This document shows positions 48,019-57,904 of a stretch of 64,000 nt of DNA, one piece after another (position 1 is the first letter of the stretch; every line of letters starts with the position of its first letter). Where the stretch lies: NCBI GenBank assembly GCA_965204565.1, contig CBDBEU010000005.1, positions 516,366 to 580,365 on the forward strand. Direction: 5' to 3'. The DNA comes from Hyphomicrobiales bacterium (GTDB lineage Bacteria; Pseudomonadota; Alphaproteobacteria; Rhizobiales; TMED25). The translations under genes were made by a program, and so were the position numbers. A model generated the notes under the pieces. It was not told where the DNA came from and ran no database searches. It saw nothing but the letters and a program-made list of their open reading frames with translations.

Positions 48019-49404
48019 TTGCGGCCGAACAAGCGCATATCAGGCCGGCACTTCGCTGCGGCACTAGCTGTCATCATTTGTATCGGCGTTTCCTCTGGCG
48101 CAATTGGCGATAGCGACGCGCTGCGATTGCCGGTGACCAGCTTCATGCTGGACAACAGACTTCAGGTGGTGGTGATCGAGGATCATCGCTCGCCGGTGGT
48201 GACACACATGGTGTGGTATCGCGTCGGATCCGCCGATGAGCCGCCCGGAAAATCGGGAATCGCCCATTTTCTCGAACATCTGATGTTCAAGGGCACGGAT
48301 ACGCTGGGGCCAGGTGAATTCTCCGAAAAGGTGGCGCTGAACGGCGGCACCGACAACGCTTTTACGACCCGGGACTACACCACCTATCACCAGCGCATCG
48401 CCAAAGACCGCTTGCCGATCCTGATGCGGCTGGAGGCGGACCGGATGGCGAATTTGCGGCTATTGGAAAAAGACGTTGAAACCGAGCGCGAAGTCATTCT
48501 GGAGGAGCGCGCGCGGCGCTATGGCAATGAACCAGGCGCGCAACTTTCCGAACAGATTGACGCAGCACTCTATCTCAATCACCCCTATATGCGCCCGGTG
48601 ATTGGTTGGGAGCACGAAATCAAGGGCCTGTCGCTGGAGGATGCGGTGTCATTTTATGACCGCTATTACACCCCCTCCAATGCCGTGGTTGTCATCGCCG
48701 GTGATGTGACACCGCAAGATGTCAGGGAACTGGCGCAAGAGACCTACGGCACACTCAAAAATCGGATCGAAATCGGTTCGCGCAAGCGTACTGCTGAGCC
48801 GCCACAGCGTGCCGCACGGCGGGTATCCATGGAGCACAAGCAGGTCAATATTGACCGTTGGCGACGGACCTACCTGGTGCCGGCATTTTCAGCGGCGGAG
48901 CCGGAGTTGCGCGCCGGCCTTGAATTGCTGGGCGAGATCTTGGGTGGCGGATCGTCAGGCAGGCTTTACCGCGAGCTGGTGATCGAGCGTAAGATCGCGG
49001 TCGATGCGGGAGCCTACTACGCCGGCCGCGGGATTGAATATGGCAAATTCGGCGTTCACGCAATTCCGGCTGACGGCGTGTCGCTGGAACAGCTTGAGGC
49101 CGAGATTGATCGGGTGATCGGCGATGTCAGGTCCGATGGTGTTGCCGAGGAAGATTTGACCCGGGCCAAGACCAGGCTGATTGCGGCGTCGATTTACGAT
49201 CAGGATAACCAGAGCCGTATGGCACGGACGTTCGGTGCGGCGCTTGTTACAGGCTCGACGGTTGAAGATGTGATCAACTGGCCTGCGGATGTGCGTGCGG
49301 TGCCGGCTGGCGAGGTCTTGTCGGCGGCAAGGGATTACCTCCTGCCGGAGCGATCGGTAACCGGAACTCTGAAGCGCAAGAGCGAAGAACAGGGGGACGG
49401 TTGA
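48019..49404 (+). CDS. M16 family zinc metallopeptidase (pitrilysin-like, active subunit)
   Basis: HFLEHLMF (HxxEH) motif, signal peptide, apparent TTG start. Confidence 0.85.
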   Translation: MRPNKRISGRHFAAALAVIICIGVSSGAIGDSDALRLPVTSFMLDNRLQVVVIEDHRSPVVTHMVWYRVGSADEPPGKSGIAHFLEHLMFKGTDTLGPGEFSEKVALNGGTDNAFTTRDYTTYHQRIAKDRLPILMRLEADRMANLRLLEKDVETEREVILEERARRYGNEPGAQLSEQIDAALYLNHPYMRPVIGWEHEIKGLSLEDAVSFYDRYYTPSNAVVVIAGDVTPQDVRELAQETYGTLKNRIEIGSRKRTAEPPQRAARRVSMEHKQVNIDRWRRTYLVPAFSAAEPELRAGLELLGEILGGGSSGRLYRELVIERKIAVDAGAYYAGRGIEYGKFGVHAIPADGVSLEQLEAEIDRVIGDVRSDGVAEEDLTRAKTRLIAASIYDQDNQSRMARTFGAALVTGSTVEDVINWPADVRAVPAGEVLSAARDYLLPERSVTGTLKRKSEEQGDG

Positions 49405-50750
49405 TGACTTTGCCGGGACTTCGAGTCCGCGCTCTTGCAGGACTGGTGCTGTTGGCGATGACCATGCGCGCGCCGGTGGCGGGTGCGGTCGAAATTCAGC
49501 GTGTTGTCAGTCCCGGAGGCATCGAGGCCTGGTTGGTTGAGGAGCATGCAATTCCGATCATTGCGGTCTCATTTGCCGTCTCGCGCGGTTCCTATCACGA
49601 CCCTGCCGGCAAGGAAGGTTTGTCGTATCTTCTATCTGCCACCCTTGATGAGGGAGCCGGCGATCTCGATAGCCGGGCATTCCGTGCCAGAATCGATGAT
49701 CATGCGATTTCTCTCGCATTCGATTCGGGTTTGGATCAGTTCTCCGGCAGTCTGGAGACATTGAGCGAATTTCGTGACGAAGCGATTCGGCTACTGGCAC
49801 TGTCCATAACCCAGCCGAGGTTCGATCCCGAACCGGTTGAAAGAATGAAGAGTCAGATCATAGCCAATATTGCGCGCGAGCAGGCCGATGCTGGCAAGGT
49901 TGCCGCCAGGAACTGGTTTTCCACCGCTTTTGGTAGTGCCGGTTATGGCCGCCCATCCTCCGGTGACATCCAGTCGGTACATTCGCTGAATCCCGATGAT
50001 CTCAAGGCTTTTTATGTCGATCAGTTGGCACTTGATGGCATGAAGATCGGGGTGGTCGGAGATATCAGCGCAGAGGAACTCGGATCCTTGCTGGATCGTG
50101 CTTTCGGTGGACTGGTGCAGAACAGCGCGTTTGCACCGATCCCGGAATCGGATCCCGCCGAAGGGCCAGGTCTGGTCACGGTTGAAATGGACGTGCCGCA
50201 GACCGAGTTGCGTTTCGGCATAAGGGGGCTTGAACGCTCGGATCCCGATTTCGTACCGGCTTATGTGATGAATTACATACTGGGCGGTGGCGGTTCTGCC
50301 TCACGGTTTTATGACGAAGTGCGTGAAAAGCGTGGCCTTTCCTATTCGGTCTACTCCTATCTCTATCCGCTCAAGGGGACCGGCGTTTGGTATGGCGGGG
50401 CGGCAACCCGGGCTGATCGGGCACAGACGACACTCGCCGTGATCAAGGATCAGATCAGGCTGATGAGTGAACACGGCCCCAGTGAGGCTGAGCTCAATGC
50501 GGCGAAGCGGTATTTGACCGGTGCTTTTCCGCTGCGGTTCGATTCTAATTCAAAAATCGCCAACCAACTTGTCGCAATTCAGATTGACGATCTTGGGATC
50601 GATTATATTGACCGGCGCAACGAAATGATCCAGGCGGTCACAATCGAAGATGTCCGCCGCGCCGCGCGCCGGTTGTTACAGCTAGATCGGATGATTGTGA
50701 TTCTGGTTGGCAAACCGGAATCGATCAAAAATATCGATTCCGGTGGTTGA
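49401..50750 (+). CDS. M16 family peptidase, non-catalytic partner subunit
   Basis: 449 aa with M16 fold-like sequence but no HxxEH. 4-nt overlap with the upstream M16 gene. Confidence 0.85.
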   Translation: MMTLPGLRVRALAGLVLLAMTMRAPVAGAVEIQRVVSPGGIEAWLVEEHAIPIIAVSFAVSRGSYHDPAGKEGLSYLLSATLDEGAGDLDSRAFRARIDDHAISLAFDSGLDQFSGSLETLSEFRDEAIRLLALSITQPRFDPEPVERMKSQIIANIAREQADAGKVAARNWFSTAFGSAGYGRPSSGDIQSVHSLNPDDLKAFYVDQLALDGMKIGVVGDISAEELGSLLDRAFGGLVQNSAFAPIPESDPAEGPGLVTVEMDVPQTELRFGIRGLERSDPDFVPAYVMNYILGGGGSASRFYDEVREKRGLSYSVYSYLYPLKGTGVWYGGAATRADRAQTTLAVIKDQIRLMSEHGPSEAELNAAKRYLTGAFPLRFDSNSKIANQLVAIQIDDLGIDYIDRRNEMIQAVTIEDVRRAARRLLQLDRMIVILVGKPESIKNIDSGG

Positions 50751-50850
50751 ACACGGCGCAGCGATGTTCCGCCGGTACGAATCCGGCTAGGTTGAAGCGG
50801 GCTGACCCTGCGCCGGTATGATCGCCGGTATCCACCGAGGCCTCACCGAC

Positions 50851-52653
50851 ATGAGTGTACGCCGGCTTGCCGAAACCACCATCAACCAGATCGCCGCGGG
50901 CGAGGTTGTTGAACGCCCGGCGAGCGTGGTGAAGGAGCTTGTCGAGAATGCACTCGATGCGGGCGCTGGGGAAATCAGCGTTGCGATCACCGGCGGCGGG
51001 CGCGATCTGATCGAAGTGGTCGATGATGGCATTGGAATGGATGAGGATGATCTCGCCCTTGCCATCGAACGCCACGCCACGTCCAAGCTCACAGACGACG
51101 ATCTCGTCAATATTGCAAGTCTCGGCTTTCGCGGTGAGGCGTTGCCATCGATCGGATCGGTGGCGCGACTGTCGATCCACTCGCGCACCGACAACGGCGA
51201 TGGTCACGCAATCCTTGTCTTGGGCGGCGAGGTGCTGCCGGTTGAACCGGCGCCGTCCAATCGCGGCACGCGGGTCGAAATTCGCGATCTTTTCTGGAAG
51301 ACCCCGGCACGGCTCAAATTCCTCAAGAGTGAACGCGCCGAGACGCTGGCCGCGTTTGAGGTGGTGCGCAGGCTGGCGCTCGCTCACCCGGACGTCGGAT
51401 TTGCGGTTTCGTCCGATCAGATGCGGACACAGCACTGGCCGGCAACGACAGAGAAAAAACCTTCGATCGAACGCATCCGGGCGGTTCTGGGCTCGGATAT
51501 GGTCGAAAATTCGGTGCCGGTCGATGCTGAGCGCGGCTGCATTTCACTGACCGGCATTGCGGGGCTTGCGACCTTCAACCGTGCCAACCGGAAGATGCAG
51601 TGTTTCTTCGTCAATGGCCGGCCGGTGCGCGAGCGCGTCCTCAGCGGCGCGATTTCCGCTGCTTATGCGGATCTCATTCCGCGCGGGCGTTTCCCGGCGG
51701 TGGTTCTGTTTCTCGACCTGCCGGCGCATGAAATCGATGTGAATGTGCACCCGGCAAAATCCGAGGTGCGGTTTCGTGATGAGGGTGAGGTGCGTGCACT
51801 TACCGTTTCGGCTTTGCGCAAGGCGTTGGCCGAAGCCGGTCATCTGTCTGCCGATGCCTCCCGGCGATTTGCTCGATTTGCCCGCCCGCACTCTCCTACA
51901 CCCGCCGCTGCGGGCGAGATCTCACGGCGCTTTTATGATGTGCCGCAAAATGGGGATGGTAGGGGTTTTGCGGGATTTGCCGAGACCGGCCGGTCGGCGA
52001 TCACGGCACCATCGGAGCAGGCCAATGGCTGGATGCCGGCGGCGCAGGTCGAGGTGTCTCAGGATCAGTTGAGCGATCACCCTCTTGGGGCTGCAAAGGC
52101 CCAACTCCACGGCACCTATATCTTCGCCGAGACCGGCGATGGAATTGTCATCGTTGACCAGCATGCGGCCCATGAGAGGCTGGTTTATGAGCGCCTGAAG
52201 GCTGACCGTGCGGGCCGGAATGTCGATGCACAAGGTCTGCTGGTGCCGGCGGTGGTCGATCTCGATCCGCTGGCGCGGGAGCAACTGGTCGGTGCGGCGG
52301 CGCTGCTGGCGGAGTTAGGGCTTGAAATCGAGGAATTCGGAAATGCGGTGATGGTGCGCTCGGTGCCGGCACTGCTGGGCACGGCGAATGTGGCGCGTCT
52401 GGTGCGCGATGTCGCTGACAGCCTTTCCGAAGGAGGTGAAGGTGAAGCGGTCGAGACGCAGCTCAACCATGTGCTGGCAACCATGGCGTGTCATGGTTCG
52501 GTACGCGCGGGGCGCAACCTGAAGCCCGAGGAAATGAATGCGCTGTTGCGCGATATGGAAAGCACGCCGGGCTCAGGCCAATGCAATCATGGTCGGCCGA
52601 CCTATGTTTCGCTTTCTCTAAACGATCTTGAAAAGCTGTTCGAGCGGCGGTGA
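50851..52653 (+). CDS. mutL: DNA mismatch repair endonuclease MutL
   Basis: MSVRRLAETTINQIAAGEVVERPASVVKELVENALDAG.... C-terminal ...ACHGSVRAGR...CNHGRPTY endonuclease motifs. Confidence 0.9.
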   Translation: MSVRRLAETTINQIAAGEVVERPASVVKELVENALDAGAGEISVAITGGGRDLIEVVDDGIGMDEDDLALAIERHATSKLTDDDLVNIASLGFRGEALPSIGSVARLSIHSRTDNGDGHAILVLGGEVLPVEPAPSNRGTRVEIRDLFWKTPARLKFLKSERAETLAAFEVVRRLALAHPDVGFAVSSDQMRTQHWPATTEKKPSIERIRAVLGSDMVENSVPVDAERGCISLTGIAGLATFNRANRKMQCFFVNGRPVRERVLSGAISAAYADLIPRGRFPAVVLFLDLPAHEIDVNVHPAKSEVRFRDEGEVRALTVSALRKALAEAGHLSADASRRFARFARPHSPTPAAAGEISRRFYDVPQNGDGRGFAGFAETGRSAITAPSEQANGWMPAAQVEVSQDQLSDHPLGAAKAQLHGTYIFAETGDGIVIVDQHAAHERLVYERLKADRAGRNVDAQGLLVPAVVDLDPLAREQLVGAAALLAELGLEIEEFGNAVMVRSVPALLGTANVARLVRDVADSLSEGGEGEAVETQLNHVLATMACHGSVRAGRNLKPEEMNALLRDMESTPGSGQCNHGRPTYVSLSLNDLEKLFERR

Positions 52654-53245
52654 GCCTCGCTCTTTGCCGAATGTGCCGGCAAACACCATTTCGGCCGGTT
52701 CCTTGCGCACGCGTTCTTCTGCCTCGCGGGCCCTCCGGTGCATCGGGAAGCGCTGAGGCTTCTCCCTGTTGATAACCGAGCGCAAATCCCGCTACCACAT
52801 CGCTGTTGTCGGGCACCGGGTAGGTCTCGACAATCTTGTTCTTGAGGATACCCGCCATCTGATGGGCGCGCAGTACATGGTCGGTTGCCTGCATCAGCAA
52901 CATCGCCATGCCCGCATCATAGATGTGGGTCGGACTGGGGTTGCCGTTGGGCATGAGTTTGTGGGCACACACAAATCCAACCACCGGCGCGGCGCGCGAC
53001 CGGCGCTGGTTGCACTCATTGATGCGGTTTTGCGCCCGCTCCCACTCCGAATTGCTGTCACTTGTCGCGACAATCAACCGCCATGGCTGCGAATTGTTGC
53101 ACGATGGCGCCCAGCGCGCCGCTTCGAACAAGCTGACAAGGATCTTGCTGTCGACAGGCTTGTCCTGGAAAGACCGCGGGCTCCAGCGGTCCCTGATCAA
53201 CTTGTGAATGGGTACGCTGGTTTGTGCGGGCTTGTCTTGTGCCAT
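52463..53245 (-). CDS. Nitroreductase family protein with probable frameshift near the 3' end
   Basis: ...RWSPRSFQDKPV...AARWAPSCNNSQPWR.... After ...SALPDA (about 52740) the family-like C-terminus REAEERVRKEPAEMVFAGTFGKE... continues in another frame and stops at 52618. Confidence 0.75.
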   Translation of the reverse strand: MAQDKPAQTSVPIHKLIRDRWSPRSFQDKPVDSKILVSLFEAARWAPSCNNSQPWRLIVATSDSNSEWERAQNRINECNQRRSRAAPVVGFVCAHKLMPNGNPSPTHIYDAGMAMLLMQATDHVLRAHQMAGILKNKIVETYPVPDNSDVVAGFALGYQQGEASALPDAPEGPRGRRTRAQGTGRNGVCRHIRQRARLTAARTAFQDRLEKAKHRSADHDCIGLSPACFPYRATAHSFPRASGCAPRVPNHDTPWLPAHG

Positions 53246-53379
53246 GGTGCTCCCCGTTTTCGCAGCCGCATGATCGCGGCATCACCTGAGAGCCTCTATC
53301 AATCCTGCTTGTTCGTGTTTTCTTTGATTTCGGCGCGGCGTGGTTATCTGAACCGGTCTTGTGTTTCGGATGCAGCGAC

Positions 53380-54590
53380 GTGCCCCGCTTTCAGAGCGTT
53401 CCTGGTTGCTATTGAAAGACACGTCCCGTGATCAGGCGGTGACGCTGCCCCCGGGTTGGACCAGGCGGCGGATGTTGCAGGCGATGTCTGTCATGGATCC
53501 CGGTTTTTGCGGGCCGGACCGATGGTGCGGACTGCCATACCCATCATGTGCTTCCGGCCCACCATGTGCTTCCGGACGGCAAAGACGTGCTCGACCGGCG
53601 CGCGGTGTTTTGACTTTGTCCTGTTCCCACGGCGGATATGTTTCGGCATGAGCCTGCCCCCGGGTTTGCGATGGTGGGCATGGCTGACAAAACCGTGGCG
53701 TGCCGGGAACGCTTCGTTCTGCTTCGAACGGTACGCGCTATCGGCCCGGACGCCAGAGCCGGTGCTGGTTTTGTCCGGCAATCCCTGGCGCGGCATGGCG
53801 TCATGGCGGGCGGCATCCGTGACATGCCAACGGCGGATGAAGCGGAACGCTTTGTCGATGCCTGATGGTTCTTGTCCCCAAAAGACGGAATGCGATGTCG
53901 GGCGGCGCGGGACCACCGTCCACGGGGTCTTCGCCCTGCCGAACCGGACGGTCCGGCGCGCATCGATGTCTTTCCGGCGTGCCTTGGCGGGATGATCCCG
54001 GCGGCGGTCGTCCTGCCTCTCGATGTCTTTCTTTTTCTCGTCCGTATTGCGTTGCCTGGGGGCGGCGACCGGCGTGCTGTCCACCAATGGCCCTGACATG
54101 GAGATACACCTGCGCGATATAGCCTGCGTCCCGCAGGGCGGTCTCGAACCGGGCGAACGGAGCGTCGATCGCCCTGGCCCGGGTCAGGCGCTCGGGAAAC
54201 GCCCGGATCGTCTTCGCGTCGGGCACCTTGTCTTGCAGGCCCGGCCCCGGGAAACGCATGAACGACAGCCGGTCGCTGATCAGGAACTCCGCACGGTCGT
54301 CCGAGAGAGTGTTCTGCGCCTGAATGATCAGGATCCTGAACATGAGCACAGGGTCATGGGGCGGGCGTGTCCGCCATTCCTGCCATCCGCGTACGCCGGT
54401 GCCGTGTCCGGATCGGCACGGAAAATCTCGAAATCCACCGCCGCAACCCGGGCTTCGAGCTGATCGCACAAATCGCTCAAACGCTTGAGCCGTTCATCAA
54501 CGTCGAAAAATCCGGCCTGCTGAACCATCCATCCCCCTCACTTCATAGCGCGAGCGAATCATCATCAGCCAGGGCCTGGCGAGGTAAATC
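53380..54590 (-). mobile_element. IS5-family (IS5-group) element, transposase frameshifted (boundaries approximate)
   Basis: N-terminus MVQQAGFFDVDERLKRLSDL (ATG 54528). ...PHDPVLMFRILIIQAQNTLSDDRAEFLISDRLSFMRF..., ...LVDSTPVAAPRQRNT..., ...RADSAYRSKQNEAF..RHGFVSHAHHRKP... lie in at least 3 frames. 18-bp tandem duplication at 53545-53575. Confidence 0.75.
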
Positions 54591-54642
54591 GAGGCACTCA
54601 CCTCGGGGTTCGAGGTGGCAGTGGTGCGCGTATCAGCCGCGC

Positions 54643-55323
54643 TTATGACCCGTTTTTCTCTCCCCCCAGATAGTTCGTAATGATAACGGCCATCCGCTCG
54701 GGTCCGAGCACCGGCGGCATGACGCTGAGAAGCTCGCCATCGCCGTCGAACAGATAGATGAACGAGCCATGGGCGTAGATCGGTGCCCCTTCCGCATCTT
54801 CCGAAACGATGCCTGATGCGACCTGAAATGTTGCCCGCGTGGCGGCAAGTTCTTCCTCGCTTCCGGTAAGACCAACGAGCCGTGGATGAATGTCGGGCAC
54901 CACGCGCGCCAAGGCATCGGGCATGTCGCGCTGCGGGTCAACCGTGATCAGTACCGGCTGCACCGCAACTCCGGCTGCATCCGCAAGATCGACCGCAGCG
55001 GCAAGGCGTGGCAGCGCCACCGAACAGATCGACCGGCAATTTGCATAACCGAAAAAGATTGCAAGCGGACGTCCGGCAAAGTCGGTTTGCGTGCGGCGCC
55101 GGCCATGCTGGTCGACAAGATCAAAACCGAGTTCAATCTCAACCGGGAATGGCCCGGCGGGTGATGACCGGTCTTTAGCAGCACCGGGCACGGCGCGTAA
55201 ATGAGCTTGCGCCTCGGCTTGTGTGCCGTGAATTTTGCCGTCATGGGCACGCGCCGACAGGGCCACGCCCGCAATCACGACGCACGCCACCCATGCAGCG
55301 GCGATACGGATGCCTGTCATCAT
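54643..55323 (-). CDS. SCO1/SenC family copper chaperone / thiol-disulfide oxidoreductase
   Basis: 226 aa with signal/anchor, FFGYANCRSICS (CxxxC) and a downstream His. Thioredoxin-like. Confidence 0.85.
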   Translation of the reverse strand: MMTGIRIAAAWVACVVIAGVALSARAHDGKIHGTQAEAQAHLRAVPGAAKDRSSPAGPFPVEIELGFDLVDQHGRRRTQTDFAGRPLAIFFGYANCRSICSVALPRLAAAVDLADAAGVAVQPVLITVDPQRDMPDALARVVPDIHPRLVGLTGSEEELAATRATFQVASGIVSEDAEGAPIYAHGSFIYLFDGDGELLSVMPPVLGPERMAVIITNYLGGEKNGS

Positions 55324-55898
55324 TCCGCGAACAGGTATTCGATGAATTCCTCGTCGGTTTTCAGACCCAGTCCCAGATGGCCCTCGGCCTTGATCTCGGA
55401 CATGACGCGCGGATCCTTGCGATACCAGCGGCCCTTGACCTCGGCGAGCTCAGGATTTGCCGCATTCCAGGCCCTGGTCCAGCGATCGGCCTTTTGCCAT
55501 TCACCGCCCGGCTCTCGCAGACGCTGCACCTGAAACACCTTGGCCGGCGTCATCTCCTCATCACCGACCAGCAACCCGTCCACTTCGATTGCCTTGCCGC
55601 AATGGGGCAGCAGATCCTCAATCGCGCCGGAAAACACCCCCTGCAGGTTCTTGTTGGCGATCAGCAGTGCATTGTCGGAAGAACGCTTGAGACCCAGATA
55701 CCTGCCGCCATCGCCACAATTTGCCGCACAATCGCCGGTGAGTTCGCAAAGGAGATCGACCACCACCGCTTCAAAACGGGCATTTTCCTCGCCCAACAAT
55801 CCCCAGCTCGCGGCTTCGGACCCTTCGGCGAATTCTCCCTCCGCTAGTGCCGGCACTGCCAACAGCCAGATCAGCGCAACAGAAAATATGGTTTTCAT
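55320..55898 (-). CDS. Periplasmic hypothetical protein with C-x6-C-x3-C motif (192 aa)
   Basis: Signal peptide MKTIFSVALIWLLAVPALA. VVVDLLCELTGDCAANCGDGGRYLGL. 4-nt overlap with the SCO gene. Distant paralog of 55909..56379. Confidence 0.6.
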   Translation of the reverse strand: MKTIFSVALIWLLAVPALAEGEFAEGSEAASWGLLGEENARFEAVVVDLLCELTGDCAANCGDGGRYLGLKRSSDNALLIANKNLQGVFSGAIEDLLPHCGKAIEVDGLLVGDEEMTPAKVFQVQRLREPGGEWQKADRWTRAWNAANPELAEVKGRWYRKDPRVMSEIKAEGHLGLGLKTDEEFIEYLFAE

Positions 55899-55908
55899 CC
55901 GACCGCCC

Positions 55909-56379
55909 TCACTTCTTCGGCTTTGGAATGGCGAAGTTCGGCACCACGTCGAAGTCCTCGTGGCTCAGATTGACGATGCCGTCATTGGCCACCACCTTTT
56001 CGACGATCAGATAGTTGATGCCATCGCGGGCATGGACAATTCCGTCGGCCGTGATCCGGTCGCTCTGCACGCTCATGATGGTGTCGTCCTTGGCAAGACG
56101 GTCGGTCTTTTCCCATTTCAGCACCATGTAGACGGTGCCGTCGTCGGCCAGAACGCCAACCGGAATGCCGCCGGCCGCGCACCACAGTGCGCAGGTGTGA
56201 TGCGACGAGCCAGTCACAGCATCGCCTGAGCCCATGACACCCGAGAGATAACACCAGGTGTCGATCACCTCGCCCTTGATCCGTACCCGCTCGCCTTCAA
56301 CGGCGGCGAGCGCCGGCAGCGTGGCGAGTGAGCCCACGGCCAAAAGTGAAACGCCCAGTCGCTTCAATGCGGTCTTCAT
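55909..56379 (-). CDS. Periplasmic hypothetical protein with C-x19-C-x3-C / HH motif (156 aa)
   Basis: ATG at 56379. Signal peptide MKTALKRLGVSLLAVGSLATLPALA. GEVIDTWCYLSGVMGSGDAVTGSSHHTCALWCAAGGIPVGVL. Lies 10 nt upstream of the next gene. Confidence 0.6.
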   Translation of the reverse strand: MKTALKRLGVSLLAVGSLATLPALAAVEGERVRIKGEVIDTWCYLSGVMGSGDAVTGSSHHTCALWCAAGGIPVGVLADDGTVYMVLKWEKTDRLAKDDTIMSVQSDRITADGIVHARDGINYLIVEKVVANDGIVNLSHEDFDVVPNFAIPKPKK

Positions 56380-56479
56380 CAGGCAACTCTCCGAAAAACC
56401 AATGCCTGCGAAAGACATCTAGCGCAAAAAGCCGATCACCGTGTCATCACATCACGGCGATGATTGAAGCGAGCTCGGA

Positions 56480-57529
56480 CTAAATGCCGCCCGATGGATC
56501 ATTGCGCGGCAAGCTCACCGGCTCACCGCGTTCGACCGAAAGATCGGCCGCCGCGCATACATCCATCACCGACAGCGCTTCTTCAGCGCTCACCATCACT
56601 GGCCGGTCATGAGCGACGGCATCGAGGAAATGATGGGTCTCGTCATGCATCGAGCCGGCGAACACATGATCGACCGGCTCGCCCGGCATGGAGGAAAGCG
56701 GATAGCGAATGCCATGCTCAGTGGTGTTGAGCTGAACCTCGCGATGGGTGTCGTCAATGGTCAGCGCGCCATCGGTACCAATCACTTCGATCCAGCTCTG
56801 AACATAGTTCGGATAGCCCTTGGGCAGGATCCAGCCGATGCCGCAAGTGATGGTGGTGCCATCATCCATGGTGATCATCGTCCATTGATGATCTTCCGTG
56901 TCGCTGTTCCTGGCAAACAGCTTTCCCGCGGTCTGTGAATAGACACGGATCGGTTTGCGCGGCTGCATGCACCACAACACGAAATCAATATCGTGACTGC
57001 CGCCGATCGATGTCGGCGACAGTTTCGACCGCCCGGTGATCTTTTCACCAAGCTCGCGGGTCGAATGACGCGAGATCAGGCAGGTCACCGGCTCACCGAT
57101 CAGCCCGCCCTTAAGCGCCTTGTTGATATAGGCATAGCGCGGATCGAAGCGGCGTGAATAGCCAACGGTGATCTTGAGATTGTTGTCTCGCGCCAGCCTG
57201 AGCGCGCGGCCGGTATCTTCCATTGTCGGCCCGATCGGCTTTTCGACGAACACCGACTTGCCCGACTCCAGCGCCGTCATCACCATCGAAAACCGCGCCG
57301 TTTCCGGCGTCATCGAGATCACCACCGCATCGATTGACGGATTGTCGATAATCGTGCGCCAGTCATTGGTCGTCGCCGCGGCGTTGGTTGCCTCGGCAAT
57401 TTCCGCGCGGCGCTTGTCATCGATTTCCGCAATATGCAGCTCGTCGATAATGGCATTGCGCGCGCAGGCATTGGCACGAATGCCGCCGACCCAGCCGGTG
57501 CCGATAACCCCTACATTGATCTGTTTCAT
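56480..57529 (-). CDS. Gfo/Idh/MocA family NAD(P)-dependent oxidoreductase
   Basis: ATG at 57529 after GGGAGGAAAC. MKQINVGVIGTGWVGGIRA Rossmann motif. 349 aa. Confidence 0.85.
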   Translation of the reverse strand: MKQINVGVIGTGWVGGIRANACARNAIIDELHIAEIDDKRRAEIAEATNAAATTNDWRTIIDNPSIDAVVISMTPETARFSMVMTALESGKSVFVEKPIGPTMEDTGRALRLARDNNLKITVGYSRRFDPRYAYINKALKGGLIGEPVTCLISRHSTRELGEKITGRSKLSPTSIGGSHDIDFVLWCMQPRKPIRVYSQTAGKLFARNSDTEDHQWTMITMDDGTTITCGIGWILPKGYPNYVQSWIEVIGTDGALTIDDTHREVQLNTTEHGIRYPLSSMPGEPVDHVFAGSMHDETHHFLDAVAHDRPVMVSAEEALSVMDVCAAADLSVERGEPVSLPRNDPSGGI

Positions 57530-57769
57530 GTTTCCTCCCACCACCGCCAATTCATCGCGGCACCGACCTTGAATTATCTGCCATAGGCTTGGGCTGTTGC
57601 GTAAATACCGCCCGCAGTGCTTTTCTCCCACATTCCCCAGGTAACGTGACGTTTTCGCGCCTCCGACAGCCGGTAACATGTTGTATTTCGGCATGTTGTG
57701 CGGGCTGTAGGGGGCGGATCACGGATCGCCCGCAGGGTGCAGGCGAAACGGGTGATATCAGGCGCGGTT

Positions 57770-57904
57770 TCGAGCGGTCGGGGGCGGCTGGCGGGTGCGG
57801 CTGGAATTCCATGGCTCTAGGATCGGTTCCGACGGTGGCCCGTTGCTGTTCCGGGGGTTGGACGAGCCCCCGGGATTGCAAGATATTGCCGACGGCCCTC
57901 TCAG
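57770..57904 (+). mobile_element. Short fragment of a second IS1380-family transposase N-terminus
   Basis: RLEFHGSRIGSDGGPLLFRGLDEPPGLQDIADGPLS, cut off by the adjacent inverted element. Confidence 0.45.
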
